Assembly (NCBI GenBank): GCA_002842755.1
Contig: PHDU01000003.1
Coordinates: 4,414-68,413, forward strand
Direction: 5' to 3'
DNA length: 64,000 nt
DNA from: Bacteroidetes bacterium HGW-Bacteroidetes-1
GTDB taxonomy: Bacteria > Bacteroidota > Bacteroidia > Bacteroidales > F082
Both the position numbers and the translations under genes were made by a program. Below the pieces are notes generated by a model that saw only the letters and a list, made by a program, of their open reading frames with translations, had not been told where the DNA came from and made no database searches. This document shows, piece by piece, positions 39,012 to 47,633 of this stretch; position 1 is the stretch's first letter, and each line of letters begins with the position of its first letter.

Positions 39012-41948
39012 TCAAAACCTGAAGAGATAATCAATAAGGTTTTCTTCCCTATCGAGTTTTAATTTTTTACGCAAACGATAACGTCCAATTTCTACACCCC
39101 TTATTGAAATATTCATTAATGGAGCAATTTCCTTGGTCGAAAGATTCATTTTCAAATAAGCGCATAGACGCAATTCACGTGGCGAAAGTTCTGGATGCTT
39201 TTCCTTTAGACGACTGATGAAATCCTGATGAACGTCATCGAAATACTCATCGAATACCTGCTGAAATTTTTCGTTTTTCAACTCTTTGTTTATTTTGTTA
39301 ACCAGTTGTTCAACCTGGGTTCTATTCGTTTGGGCTAAATTATTATCAATTAAACCATTGAGTTGTAACTTGATGGCATTCAAAATTTTATTTTTATGAA
39401 TCAGATGTAAGGTTGTATTGGCCAACTCCTTGTTTTTGTGACTCACCTGTGCCTGTAAACTTTCATTACGAAGGTTGATAATTTCCTTTTCTGCCTGTAA
39501 TGCCTGCTCACGAAAACCCGACTCCTGTTCTCTCAATTCTTTTGAATGCCGCTCCTTCTCCTCTTGTTTTGTCTGAGCAACTCTTCGCTGAATAAAAATC
39601 ACATTTCCAATTACAATGGCTATTAGAAGGACAACATACAATACATAGGCCAATATAGAACGATAAAAAGGTGGTTGGATCACAAACTCAAACCGGGCCA
39701 CATTTTCGTCAGGTGTATTCAGACTGCTTGCCTTTACTTCAAATGTATATTTCCCTTCTGGCAGATTGGTGTATTCCTTGAAAGTAGTTCGATCCCAATC
39801 AGACCAGTTTTGATCAAAACCTGCCATCCTGAATGAAAAAAGCGTGTTTCCAGCCCCCTCAAAAAAAGGATTGGAATAGCGAAAAGAAATAGAATTAAGC
39901 TGATATGGAATCTTTATTTGTTTGTGGACGCTTTTTGAATCCACATTAAAATACATCAAACTACTGTCGGAACCAGAAAAAATTATCTCCCTAAAAACGA
40001 CAGACTCGGTTTTTCGGTAGTCTTTCCGATAAAAAGGATCGTAATGAAGCAATCCATTTTTTGATCCGATAAATACATTACGGTTATCATAAACAAATAC
40101 ATTTTCATAAGCTTCAATCAATGAGCTGTTTATTCTTTCAAAAGGCGCTGTAATATTGCTGTAAGTACCATCTTCAATAAGGCGCATCAGACTCATTTTG
40201 CCAGTAGCAAAATACCAAAGGTTTCCTGAACCATCCGCATAAATATTATCAACTCCCTGATTTTCATTGAAGATTTTATTATATTTTAATGAAGGCTCGA
40301 AAACACCTTTTTTCTTTTGATACTCAAAAAAACCATCCTTTGTATTAAATATTAAATCATTTTGTATTTTAATTACATTATAAGGAAGTTCGGCTGGAAG
40401 CCCCTTTATTCCGTCAAACAAATCATACTCCTCCACTTTTTTAAGATCCTGACTAAGTTTCAGCCTGAACAAACCTCTATATCCATGAGCCATCCATAAA
40501 ACCCGATCTTCCGGAACTTGGACAATTGTCCTGCTCGATTCATCAAACCCTTCCATCTTATTCAGGAAGCGCCAGGAGTCATGAGTTTTCACCAGAACTG
40601 TCAAGCCATTATATGTACCACATATGAGAGTATCGGGGTTACCATTGTGCTGAATAAAACTCCAATAACCTCTATCGGCCGCAATGCGTGTAGCCTGACC
40701 ACCATTAATGTGAAATAAACCAAAATTATGGCCACATAAAAGTTTATTGTCGATCACTTCCAATCTCCAAACCTGTCCCTCAGTTCCGGGAATGATTTCA
40801 AATCCAGCGTCATGCGATTGGCTATTGTCAAGTGCATCTAATTGCGCATAAAACAATCCCTGATTGGTTCCAACATACAAATTACCATCATATACAGCTG
40901 ATGCATAAGTGCTTTCAATATGGAAGGTGTGATCATAAATTGAAAGAGGAGAATTAATTTCAAGATAATCAATGCCATTGTCAAGGCCTAGCCACAAATT
41001 ACCCCTCTTGTCTTCGAAAAGGCTTAAAACGGTATTGTTAAGCATTCCCTTATATCTGTTGATATGCTGAAGTATTTCACCTTTGTCATTTGCAATGAAA
41101 ACTCCATTTTGTATTGTGCCGAATGCATAATAACCACTTCTCAGCCGAATTGCAGAAAAAATACTGTTATTTTCTATTGCTTTGCTCACGTCACTTACCC
41201 ATGGAGTAAGGGTTTTTCCATCGAAAACAAACAGACCTTTGTTGATAAAACCAATCAAAAGTTTTCCGTTTTCGAAAGGCAAAATACAGCGCACCTCATT
41301 GTTGCTGAAGGCTTCATCATCGCTAATAACTTCAACATTGCCATGCTTATATCTCAACAATCCTGCGGATGCACTAGCAATGTATAAATCCTCCCCAATT
41401 GAATAAGAATGCCCAAAACTTTCCTTAGGTTCAAAAGTTTGAATAGTATCGTTATGCCAAAGAAAGACATATTTAAAAGACTGAAAAAAGACCCCCTCTT
41501 TTGTACGATGAATTTTCCAAATCTCATCAAAAGATCGGAACTCTTGTGGAACAAGATGTAGTAAAGAATGGTATAGTAGCTTACCCCGATGATCAGGTGC
41601 GTAATAACCGAACTCTTCAAAAGCCCCTGCATAAATTGTATCATTTGCCGCAAGCACTGATCTTATAATAGAATTATTTGGTACTGGAAAAGTAGCCCAA
41701 TGCTGACCGTCAAACTCTAATAACCCGTCATTGTTTGCAAAATAAACGAATCCCTGCTCATTTTGTACAATAGCCCAGTTTTGGGTAGATGCTTTATAAA
41801 TGCTTCTGGGAAAATTATTAATCAAAGGCAAACCGGTTCTTTTTACCTGAGCATTTGCTACCATGATGAAAGAAAGAAAGTGCAAAATGAAAAATATCGC
41901 TGGATACATTCCTGTGGGTCGCTTCCTTACTTTTTTAAGTATTGTCAT
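39012..41948 (-). CDS. One-component sensor-regulator: periplasmic two-component-regulator propeller repeats plus Y_Y_Y domain, a TM helix, and a LuxR/GerE-type HTH
   Basis: 978 aa. It starts with a signal/TM segment, then repeated propeller blades (NNDGLLEFDGQHW etc.). The Y_Y_Y region reads FRMAGFDQNWSDWDRTTFKEYTNLPEGKYTFEVKA, and the TM helix is ILAYVLYVVLLIAIVIGNVIFI. A coiled coil follows, then the C-terminal LSPRELRLCAYLKMNLSTKEIAPLMNISIRGVEIGRYRLRKKL. Confidence 0.82.
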   Translation of the reverse strand: MTILKKVRKRPTGMYPAIFFILHFLSFIMVANAQVKRTGLPLINNFPRSIYKASTQNWAIVQNEQGFVYFANNDGLLEFDGQHWATFPVPNNSIIRSVLAANDTIYAGAFEEFGYYAPDHRGKLLYHSLLHLVPQEFRSFDEIWKIHRTKEGVFFQSFKYVFLWHNDTIQTFEPKESFGHSYSIGEDLYIASASAGLLRYKHGNVEVISDDEAFSNNEVRCILPFENGKLLIGFINKGLFVFDGKTLTPWVSDVSKAIENNSIFSAIRLRSGYYAFGTIQNGVFIANDKGEILQHINRYKGMLNNTVLSLFEDKRGNLWLGLDNGIDYLEINSPLSIYDHTFHIESTYASAVYDGNLYVGTNQGLFYAQLDALDNSQSHDAGFEIIPGTEGQVWRLEVIDNKLLCGHNFGLFHINGGQATRIAADRGYWSFIQHNGNPDTLICGTYNGLTVLVKTHDSWRFLNKMEGFDESSRTIVQVPEDRVLWMAHGYRGLFRLKLSQDLKKVEEYDLFDGIKGLPAELPYNVIKIQNDLIFNTKDGFFEYQKKKGVFEPSLKYNKIFNENQGVDNIYADGSGNLWYFATGKMSLMRLIEDGTYSNITAPFERINSSLIEAYENVFVYDNRNVFIGSKNGLLHYDPFYRKDYRKTESVVFREIIFSGSDSSLMYFNVDSKSVHKQIKIPYQLNSISFRYSNPFFEGAGNTLFSFRMAGFDQNWSDWDRTTFKEYTNLPEGKYTFEVKASSLNTPDENVARFEFVIQPPFYRSILAYVLYVVLLIAIVIGNVIFIQRRVAQTKQEEKERHSKELREQESGFREQALQAEKEIINLRNESLQAQVSHKNKELANTTLHLIHKNKILNAIKLQLNGLIDNNLAQTNRTQVEQLVNKINKELKNEKFQQVFDEYFDDVHQDFISRLKEKHPELSPRELRLCAYLKMNLSTKEIAPLMNISIRGVEIGRYRLRKKLKLDREENLIDYLFRF

Positions 41949-42150
41949 ATTTTAACAAAACTGATTTTCGATTCAAAAGTAAATAATTCATTCCTATTAG
42001 CGGTCCTTTCTTCAATCAGAACCTGCTGAAGCAATCAAAATAGTAGAAAAATTTACGGTCAAAAAAAAAATTTGGATGTTTACTGTTCAAAATTAAACAA
42101 TTCCTTAAGAACAAGATTAACATCATTTTGTTTCATTCTTTTACAATCCA

Positions 42151-42158
42151 TATCTTTG
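42151..42158 (+). promoter_or_regulatory. Candidate -7 box TATCTTTG upstream of radC
   Basis: Perfect TAnnTTTG match 16 nt upstream of the ATG at 42174. Confidence 0.4.
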
Positions 42159-42173
42159 CCCTAAACAACCAAT

Positions 42174-42869
42174 ATGGAATATACACCAAAGACTTCAATC
42201 AAGAATTGGGCAAACGATGACAAGCCTCGTGAAAAGTTGATGTTAAAAGGACGTAACAGTTTGAGCGATGCCGAATTGATAGCCATACTTATCGGTTCAG
42301 GGAACACCAAAGAGTCAGCAGTTGAATTGTCAAGACGGATTTTAAGCAGCGCCAATGACAATCTGATAGAACTTTCCCTTTTAAGCTTGAAAGATCTGAT
42401 GAAGTTTAATGGTATCGGCGAAGCCAAAGCAATCACCATTATTGCAGCGCTAGAGTTGGGCAAACGCAGGCGCAGCGCTGAAGCAAGGGAACGTAAGACG
42501 ATCACTTCAAGTAAAGATGTTTTCGAACAGATTTATGCTTTGACATCTGATCTTCATTATGAAAAATTCTGGGTCATATTGCTTGATCAGGCCAATAAAA
42601 TAATACGTACTGTCGAAGTAAGCGAAGGAGGAATAACCGGTACCGTTGCCGATCCAAAAAAAATATTCAAATTGGCCCTCGAAGGCAATGCCTGCAATAT
42701 AATCTTGTGCCATAATCACCCTTCAGGTCAATTAAAACCAAGTGATGCGGATATTAAAATTACCGAAAGAATGAAAAAATCAGGAGAAATATTAGATATC
42801 AGGGTTCTAGATCATATTATCATTGGAGCGGATTCCTATTATAGCTTCAACGATGAAGGAATATTTTAG
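42174..42869 (+). CDS. radC: RadC-family JAB/MPN domain protein
   Basis: 231 aa. N-terminal HhH (ELIAILIGSG, GIGEAKA) and the JAMM motif ILCHNHPSG. Confidence 0.88.
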   Translation: MEYTPKTSIKNWANDDKPREKLMLKGRNSLSDAELIAILIGSGNTKESAVELSRRILSSANDNLIELSLLSLKDLMKFNGIGEAKAITIIAALELGKRRRSAEARERKTITSSKDVFEQIYALTSDLHYEKFWVILLDQANKIIRTVEVSEGGITGTVADPKKIFKLALEGNACNIILCHNHPSGQLKPSDADIKITERMKKSGEILDIRVLDHIIIGADSYYSFNDEGIF

Positions 42870-42926
42870 CCTCAAGACTTAATTCAAGAAACTGTACTTT
42901 GTGTCTTTTTAAAATAATTTTCATTT

Positions 42927-44081
42927 ATGCATACAATTAAGATTGTCACGATCATAGGCGCCCGGCCTCAAATAATCAAAGCAGCTGCATTAAGCAGAGC
43001 TATTCGTAATACTTTTTCTGACAGAATCACAGAAGTAATAGTTCATACCGGACAACATTATGACGACAACATGTCCCAGATTTTTTTTGAAGAGCTTAAT
43101 ATTCCAATTCCGGATTATAATTTAAAAGTTGGTTCAGCCAGTCATGGCAAACAAACTTCGCTCATGATCGAAGGAATTGAGAAGATTTTACTGGTTGAAA
43201 AGCCTGATTATATTGTCTTGTACGGTGATACCAACTCTACACTTGCCGGAGCTATCGCTGCCTCAAAGATTCACATACCTGTTGTTCATATCGAAGCGGG
43301 GTTGCGATCATTTAATAAGTCGATGCCTGAAGAAATCAATCGTATTTTATGTGATCACTGTTCAACCATGCTTTTTTCTCCCACGCAGACAGGTTTTCAA
43401 AATCTTATCAAGGAAGGGTTTCGTGAGAAAAATTCACCTCCCTACCATGCCGATAATCCTGCAATCTATCACTGTGGTGACGTAATGTATGATAACAGCC
43501 TTTATTTTGCTAAACTATCCGAAAGCAAATCAAATTTTCTTCAAGACAACAGCCTCAAACCTGATCACTATATTTTATGTACGATTCATCGCGACAACAA
43601 CACTGATCAACCCCGGCGATTAAATAGCATCTTAAGGGCTTTGTATCAAATAAGTATTGAAGGCAACATAAAAATATTCCTCCCTTTGCATCCACGAACA
43701 AGCAAACTACTGAGCCAAAATCAGGATAATGATTTATACCGTAAAATTTTGAACAGCCCCAACTTTATAATCCACACTCCCGTCTCTTTCCTTGAGATGA
43801 TTTTGCTTGAAAAGAATACAACCATGGTCATTACTGATTCGGGGGGTGTACAGAAAGAAGCCTTTTTTTTCAATAAACCCTGTATCATTTTAAGATCCGA
43901 GACTGAATGGAAAGAGATTGTTGATTCAGGTGCTGCAGAAATTGTGGATGCTGATGAAGAAAAAATTGTGGTAGCATGGAAAAGATTCTCCCATACACCT
44001 CCGATGTCGTATCCACCATTTTTTGGTGATGGAAAGGCTGCTGAATTTATTTGTGAAGAATTGGTAAAGAATAGTTGTTAA
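42927..44081 (+). CDS. wecB: UDP-N-acetylglucosamine 2-epimerase (non-hydrolysing)
   Basis: 384 aa. IIGARPQIIKAA, HTGQHYD, GDTNSTLAGA, HIEAGLRS, ITDSGGVQKEA. Confidence 0.88.
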   Translation: MHTIKIVTIIGARPQIIKAAALSRAIRNTFSDRITEVIVHTGQHYDDNMSQIFFEELNIPIPDYNLKVGSASHGKQTSLMIEGIEKILLVEKPDYIVLYGDTNSTLAGAIAASKIHIPVVHIEAGLRSFNKSMPEEINRILCDHCSTMLFSPTQTGFQNLIKEGFREKNSPPYHADNPAIYHCGDVMYDNSLYFAKLSESKSNFLQDNSLKPDHYILCTIHRDNNTDQPRRLNSILRALYQISIEGNIKIFLPLHPRTSKLLSQNQDNDLYRKILNSPNFIIHTPVSFLEMILLEKNTTMVITDSGGVQKEAFFFNKPCIILRSETEWKEIVDSGAAEIVDADEEKIVVAWKRFSHTPPMSYPPFFGDGKAAEFICEELVKNSC

Positions 44082-44251
44082 GACACACAAAAAAGGTGTC
44101 ATTGAGTTAAAGGCAAGCCTGTTTAAGTATTTTTGTGCAGATAGAGAATGACCACTATTCCAATCCCGATAGCTGCAAAGTATCAACTTAAAAGCTCATT
44201 GTAAGTGGAGGAAGAATGATATTGCAGTAAAAATTATTTTTCGGTTTCCTG

Positions 44252-44282
44252 TTTGCAGTTTTAAAAAGAATCCGTACTTTTG
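44252..44282 (+). promoter_or_regulatory. Bacteroidetes-type promoter for rpsF-rpsR-rplI (-33 TTTG and -7 TACTTTTG)
   Basis: TTTG at 44252-44255 and TACTTTTG at 44275-44282, separated by a 19-nt spacer. It lies 44 nt upstream of the rpsF ATG. Confidence 0.6.
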
Positions 44283-44325
44283 CACTCCGTTTTAGAAATC
44301 AATTCATTACTAACAAATTTTTACT

Positions 44326-44682
44326 ATGAACCAGTATGAAACCGTTTTCATTGTAACTCCCGTTTTATCTGAAGAACAGATAAAGGAAGCGGTAAAAAAG
44401 TATCAGGATTACCTGAGAGACAATGGTGCTGAAATCGTTCACGAAGAGCACTGGGGCATGCGAAAGCTTGCTTATCCTATCCAAAAAAAATCAACAGGGT
44501 TTTACCACCTCGTTGAATATACGGCAGAAGGAACTTTAATTGCCAATTTGGAGACTCAACTCAAACGTGATGAGCGCATCATCCGATTCCTTACAGTTAA
44601 ACTCGATAAGCACGCAGTTGCATATAACGAGAAAAAACGTAGAAAGGCACAGGATGCCGCTAAACAAAAAGTTGAAGCCTAG
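44326..44682 (+). CDS. rpsF: 30S ribosomal protein S6
   Basis: 118 aa. [18 protein letters not shown]...[11 protein letters not shown] is typical of S6. It sits in the conserved rpsF-rpsR-rplI order. Confidence 0.93.
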   Translation: MNQYETVFIVTPVLSEEQIKEAVKKYQDYLRDNGAEIVHEEHWGMRKLAYPIQKKSTGFYHLVEYTAEGTLIANLETQLKRDERIIRFLTVKLDKHAVAYNEKKRRKAQDAAKQKVEA

Positions 44683-44717
44683 GCTTTAAATTCAGTAACC
44701 ATTAAAAAAGTAAAACA

Positions 44718-44987
44718 ATGGCTCAAGCAAGTTCAGAAATTAAATATTTGACACCTATCGCAGTTGATACAAAAAGAAAGAAATACTGCAGGTTCAAAAA
44801 AAATCGCATCAAATATATCGACTATAAAGATGCTGATTTCTTACTGAAGTTTGTGAATGAACAGGGTAAACTCTTACCCCGCCGCATCACCGGAACTTCA
44901 ACAAAATACCAAAAGAAAGTAGCACAGGCTGTTAAAAGAGCACGTCACCTTTCACTCATGCCATACGTAGCTGACTTACTTAAATAA
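44718..44987 (+). CDS. rpsR: 30S ribosomal protein S18
   Basis: 89 aa. IDYKD...[39 protein letters not shown]. Confidence 0.93.
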   Translation: MAQASSEIKYLTPIAVDTKRKKYCRFKKNRIKYIDYKDADFLLKFVNEQGKLLPRRITGTSTKYQKKVAQAVKRARHLSLMPYVADLLK

Positions 44988-45002
44988 AGGAGGAGAAGAG
45001 AA

Positions 45003-45452
45003 ATGGAAGTAATTCTTAAACAAGACGTAAATAACCTGGGTTTTACTCACGATATCGTCACAGTAAAAGATGGATACGCTCGTAACTATCTCATCCCAAA
45101 AAAATTGGCTATAATTGCTAATGATACAAACCGCAAAGTTTTGACTGAACTTTTACGTCAGCAGTCATTCAAAGCTGATCGGATCAAGAACGAAGCTGCC
45201 ACTATTGCTAAAGCGTTAGAAGGTCTTAACTTGCGTATCGTTGCCAAAGCTGGTGCATCTGGCAAGATTTTTGGTTCAGTGAATGCTGTGCAGATTGCCA
45301 ATGCCATCAAAGAAGCCAAAAATATTGATATAGATCGTAAAAAGATTCATTTGAACGAAGATTCAGTGAAAGAATTGGGTAACTATAAAGCCAAGATCAA
45401 ACTTCACAAAGAAGTTCAGTTTGAAATTGACTTTGAAGTTTATGCTGAATAG
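45003..45452 (+). CDS. rplI: 50S ribosomal protein L9
   Basis: 149 aa. MEVILKQDV.NLG....VTVKDGYARNYLIPK. Confidence 0.93.
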   Translation: MEVILKQDVNNLGFTHDIVTVKDGYARNYLIPKKLAIIANDTNRKVLTELLRQQSFKADRIKNEAATIAKALEGLNLRIVAKAGASGKIFGSVNAVQIANAIKEAKNIDIDRKKIHLNEDSVKELGNYKAKIKLHKEVQFEIDFEVYAE

Positions 45453-45475
45453 TTTGTAAAATAAATGTAATTTTA

Positions 45476-45508
45476 AACCTGATTCCATTGATGGAATCAG
45501 GTTTTTTT
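45476..45508 (+). terminator. Intrinsic terminator of the rpsF-rpsR-rplI operon
   Basis: Perfect 12-bp stem AACCTGATTCCA / TGGAATCAGGTT (45476-45487 and 45492-45503), a 4-nt loop, then a T-run at 45502-45508. It lies 24 nt after the rplI stop. Confidence 0.85.
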
Positions 45509-46282
45509 ATGCTTTCAAAAAATAGAATAAAATATATTAATAGCCTAAAGATCAATAAATTTCGTAAACAAAACGCGGAGTTTATTGTGGAAGGCACCAA
45601 GCTGGTAAAAGAGCTTTTACAAAGCAATTTCAATACCACTGGCATTTATATCACCCATGACTGGCTCGAGGAAAACGGTAAGTTGTTGTATAATAGTGAA
45701 TTTGAAGTTGTTGATAATAAAGCAATGAAGTTATTGAGCAATCTCAGTTCTCCTCCAGGTATTCTTGCCATTGCAGGAATCCCATCGATCGCATTATCAC
45801 CAGATTCCCTGAAAGACAAGCTCAGTATAGCCCTCGATGGAATTAACGACCCGGGAAATCTTGGAACAATTATTCGAACAGCCGACTGGTTTGGAATAAA
45901 AAACATATTTTGTAGCCACGACACAGTGGATGCATATCATCCTAAAGTAATACAGGCTACCATGGGCTCTATATTTCGTGTTGAAGTGATTGAACTCGAC
46001 TTGAACGAATTCCTTGGCAAAGCAATAACCTCGGGTATCAACATCTATGGCGCACTGATGAACGGAAACAATATATATGAAAGTAACTTAACAGACAGAT
46101 CATCTATTTTGGTTATTGGAAGCGAATCTCACGGAATCAGGGAATATCTCTTATCAAGCATCCAGCATAGCATCACTGTTCCTGCTTACATGTCGGATGA
46201 TCGGAAAACCAGAGCAGAATCTTTAAATGCCTCAATAGCCGCCGCGCTTATATTAGCAGAATTTCGTCGCTTAAAACAATAA
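45509..46282 (+). CDS. TrmH/SpoU-family RNA 2'-O-methyltransferase
   Basis: SpoU motifs LDGINDPGNLGTIIRTADWFG, VIGSESHGI and SLNASIAAALIL. The ORF-track start at 45488 (TTG) lies inside the terminator hairpin, so I place the start at the ATG at 45509 (MLSKNRIKYINSL). Confidence 0.85.
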   Translation: MLSKNRIKYINSLKINKFRKQNAEFIVEGTKLVKELLQSNFNTTGIYITHDWLEENGKLLYNSEFEVVDNKAMKLLSNLSSPPGILAIAGIPSIALSPDSLKDKLSIALDGINDPGNLGTIIRTADWFGIKNIFCSHDTVDAYHPKVIQATMGSIFRVEVIELDLNEFLGKAITSGINIYGALMNGNNIYESNLTDRSSILVIGSESHGIREYLLSSIQHSITVPAYMSDDRKTRAESLNASIAAALILAEFRRLKQ

Positions 46283-46301
46283 TATATCTTGTTTACCGGA
46301 T

Positions 46302-46529
46302 ATGTTATTTGTTATTGCTATTTTTGCAAAAAAATATACCATGTTTCTCAAATTGATATTATTAAGTGTTGTCATTATTGGTCTTGCATTGGCTGGTCTT
46401 GCCATCAAGATGTTTGTTTTTAAAAATGGTGAGTTCAAGAAGCAATGCAGCAGCTCAGATGCCCATGGAAACAAAATAGGCTGTAGTTGTGGCGGTGGAG
46501 AAAGTTCCTGTGAACGCAAGAGTGTATAA
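46302..46529 (+). CDS. Small single-pass membrane protein with a Cys-rich tail (possible NqrM-like or FeoB-associated-Cys-rich-like)
   Basis: The likely start is the Met at 46341. That gives MFLKLILLSVVIIGLALAGLAIKMFVF (TM helix) followed by KNGEFKKQCSSSDAHGNKIGCSCGGGESSCERKSV, a C-x11-C-x-C-x6-C pattern. It ends 11 nt from the apbE stop, in convergent orientation. Confidence 0.6.
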   Translation: MLFVIAIFAKKYTMFLKLILLSVVIIGLALAGLAIKMFVFKNGEFKKQCSSSDAHGNKIGCSCGGGESSCERKSV

Positions 46530-46540
46530 GCAGCAAAAAT

Positions 46541-47566
46541 TCAGTTGACGATAAGTTTTTTCATTCCCTCTGAAGCGTAAGTTTCATATATATTTTCCTT
46601 CGTCCAATAGATGAAATAGGCATCTACATCGGTTAAAGTTTCCATTAACTTCAGTGACTTTTCCATACCCATTACCATAAATGTTGTAGCAAGTGCGTCA
46701 GCGTAGGCAGCATTGTCGGCTAAAACAGTCACACTCATGAGATGATGATCAACAGAATAGCCTGTTTTGGGATCGATGGCATGAGAATACCTTTTGCCGC
46801 CTTGTTCAAAATATTTCCTATAACTGCCAGAAGTGGCCAGACCTTTGTTTTCAAGAGAAACCACAACCTGAATGGTACGATCATCATCTTTATTTGCTGA
46901 CGGGCTTTCAATGCCAACACGCCAGGAAGAACCACCAGGCTTTTTATTACGGGCAATAATTTCCCCACCCACATCAACCACAAAATGTTTTATATCCAAA
47001 GAATCGAGCATTGAAGCAATTAAATCTACCGTATAACCCTGGGCAACAGCATTAAAATCAAAACTCATCCTTGGATCATCCTTTATGATTTGGCCATTTT
47101 CAATTCGCACTTTTCGAAAATCAACGAGTTGCTTCAAACTATCCACCTGATAACTTGAAAGCGTAAGTTTATTTTTTCGATGAAAACCCCATGCACCCGC
47201 CAAAGGACCTATTGTAAAATCAAAATATCCATTGGAAAGGATTCCCATTTCTTTGGACAAAATAAAATTATATATAAAAATCTTATCCAGTTTTACACTG
47301 GTATCACCACGGTTGACACGTGTAATTATTGAATTATCATCCCAAAGAGAAACAGATTTATCAACAGCCTTAAGCAAGGAATCAATAGGTTCTTGCAAAT
47401 CACGTCCCAATTTGTCATAATAAGTGATGGCATAATAAGTGCCCTGAGCTTCACCGGCAATACTAATCTTTTCAAGAGGTTTATTGCCACAAGCAGCCAA
47501 AACTGTTGTTATGATGAGGAATATCCACGATTTCATTCTCATTGAATTGCGTATTGAGACATACAA
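46541..47566 (-). CDS. apbE: FAD:protein FMN transferase ApbE (lipoprotein)
   Basis: 341 aa. Lipoprotein leader ...LAACGN, then FDFNAVAQGY, GGEI, SGSYRKYFE..GKRYSHAIDPKTG and DALAT. It sits directly downstream of nqrF. Confidence 0.9.
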   Translation of the reverse strand: MYVSIRNSMRMKSWIFLIITTVLAACGNKPLEKISIAGEAQGTYYAITYYDKLGRDLQEPIDSLLKAVDKSVSLWDDNSIITRVNRGDTSVKLDKIFIYNFILSKEMGILSNGYFDFTIGPLAGAWGFHRKNKLTLSSYQVDSLKQLVDFRKVRIENGQIIKDDPRMSFDFNAVAQGYTVDLIASMLDSLDIKHFVVDVGGEIIARNKKPGGSSWRVGIESPSANKDDDRTIQVVVSLENKGLATSGSYRKYFEQGGKRYSHAIDPKTGYSVDHHLMSVTVLADNAAYADALATTFMVMGMEKSLKLMETLTDVDAYFIYWTKENIYETYASEGMKKLIVN

Positions 47567-47633
47567 AAATAGAAAAATCGACCGTATAAAGTCGATTTCC
47601 CTGTGTTATAAAATAATAATTTTCTCTCTTCTC

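Noticed and set aside
42061-42070. A10 homopolymer in the radC / LuxR-type-sensor divergent intergenic region, considered as a possible phase-variation tract
   Set aside because: It is intergenic, not between recognisable -33 and -7 elements, and short. No evidence of length-dependent regulation can be drawn from a single sequence.
46271-46519. 82-aa minus-strand ORF directly downstream of apbE, in the position expected for a Vibrio-style nqrM
   Set aside because: The sequence (MRSQELSPPPQLQPILFPW...) has no TM helix and none of the NqrM Cys pattern. It is antisense to the plus-strand ORF, which has a clean TM helix plus a four-Cys tail, so the plus-strand reading is preferred.
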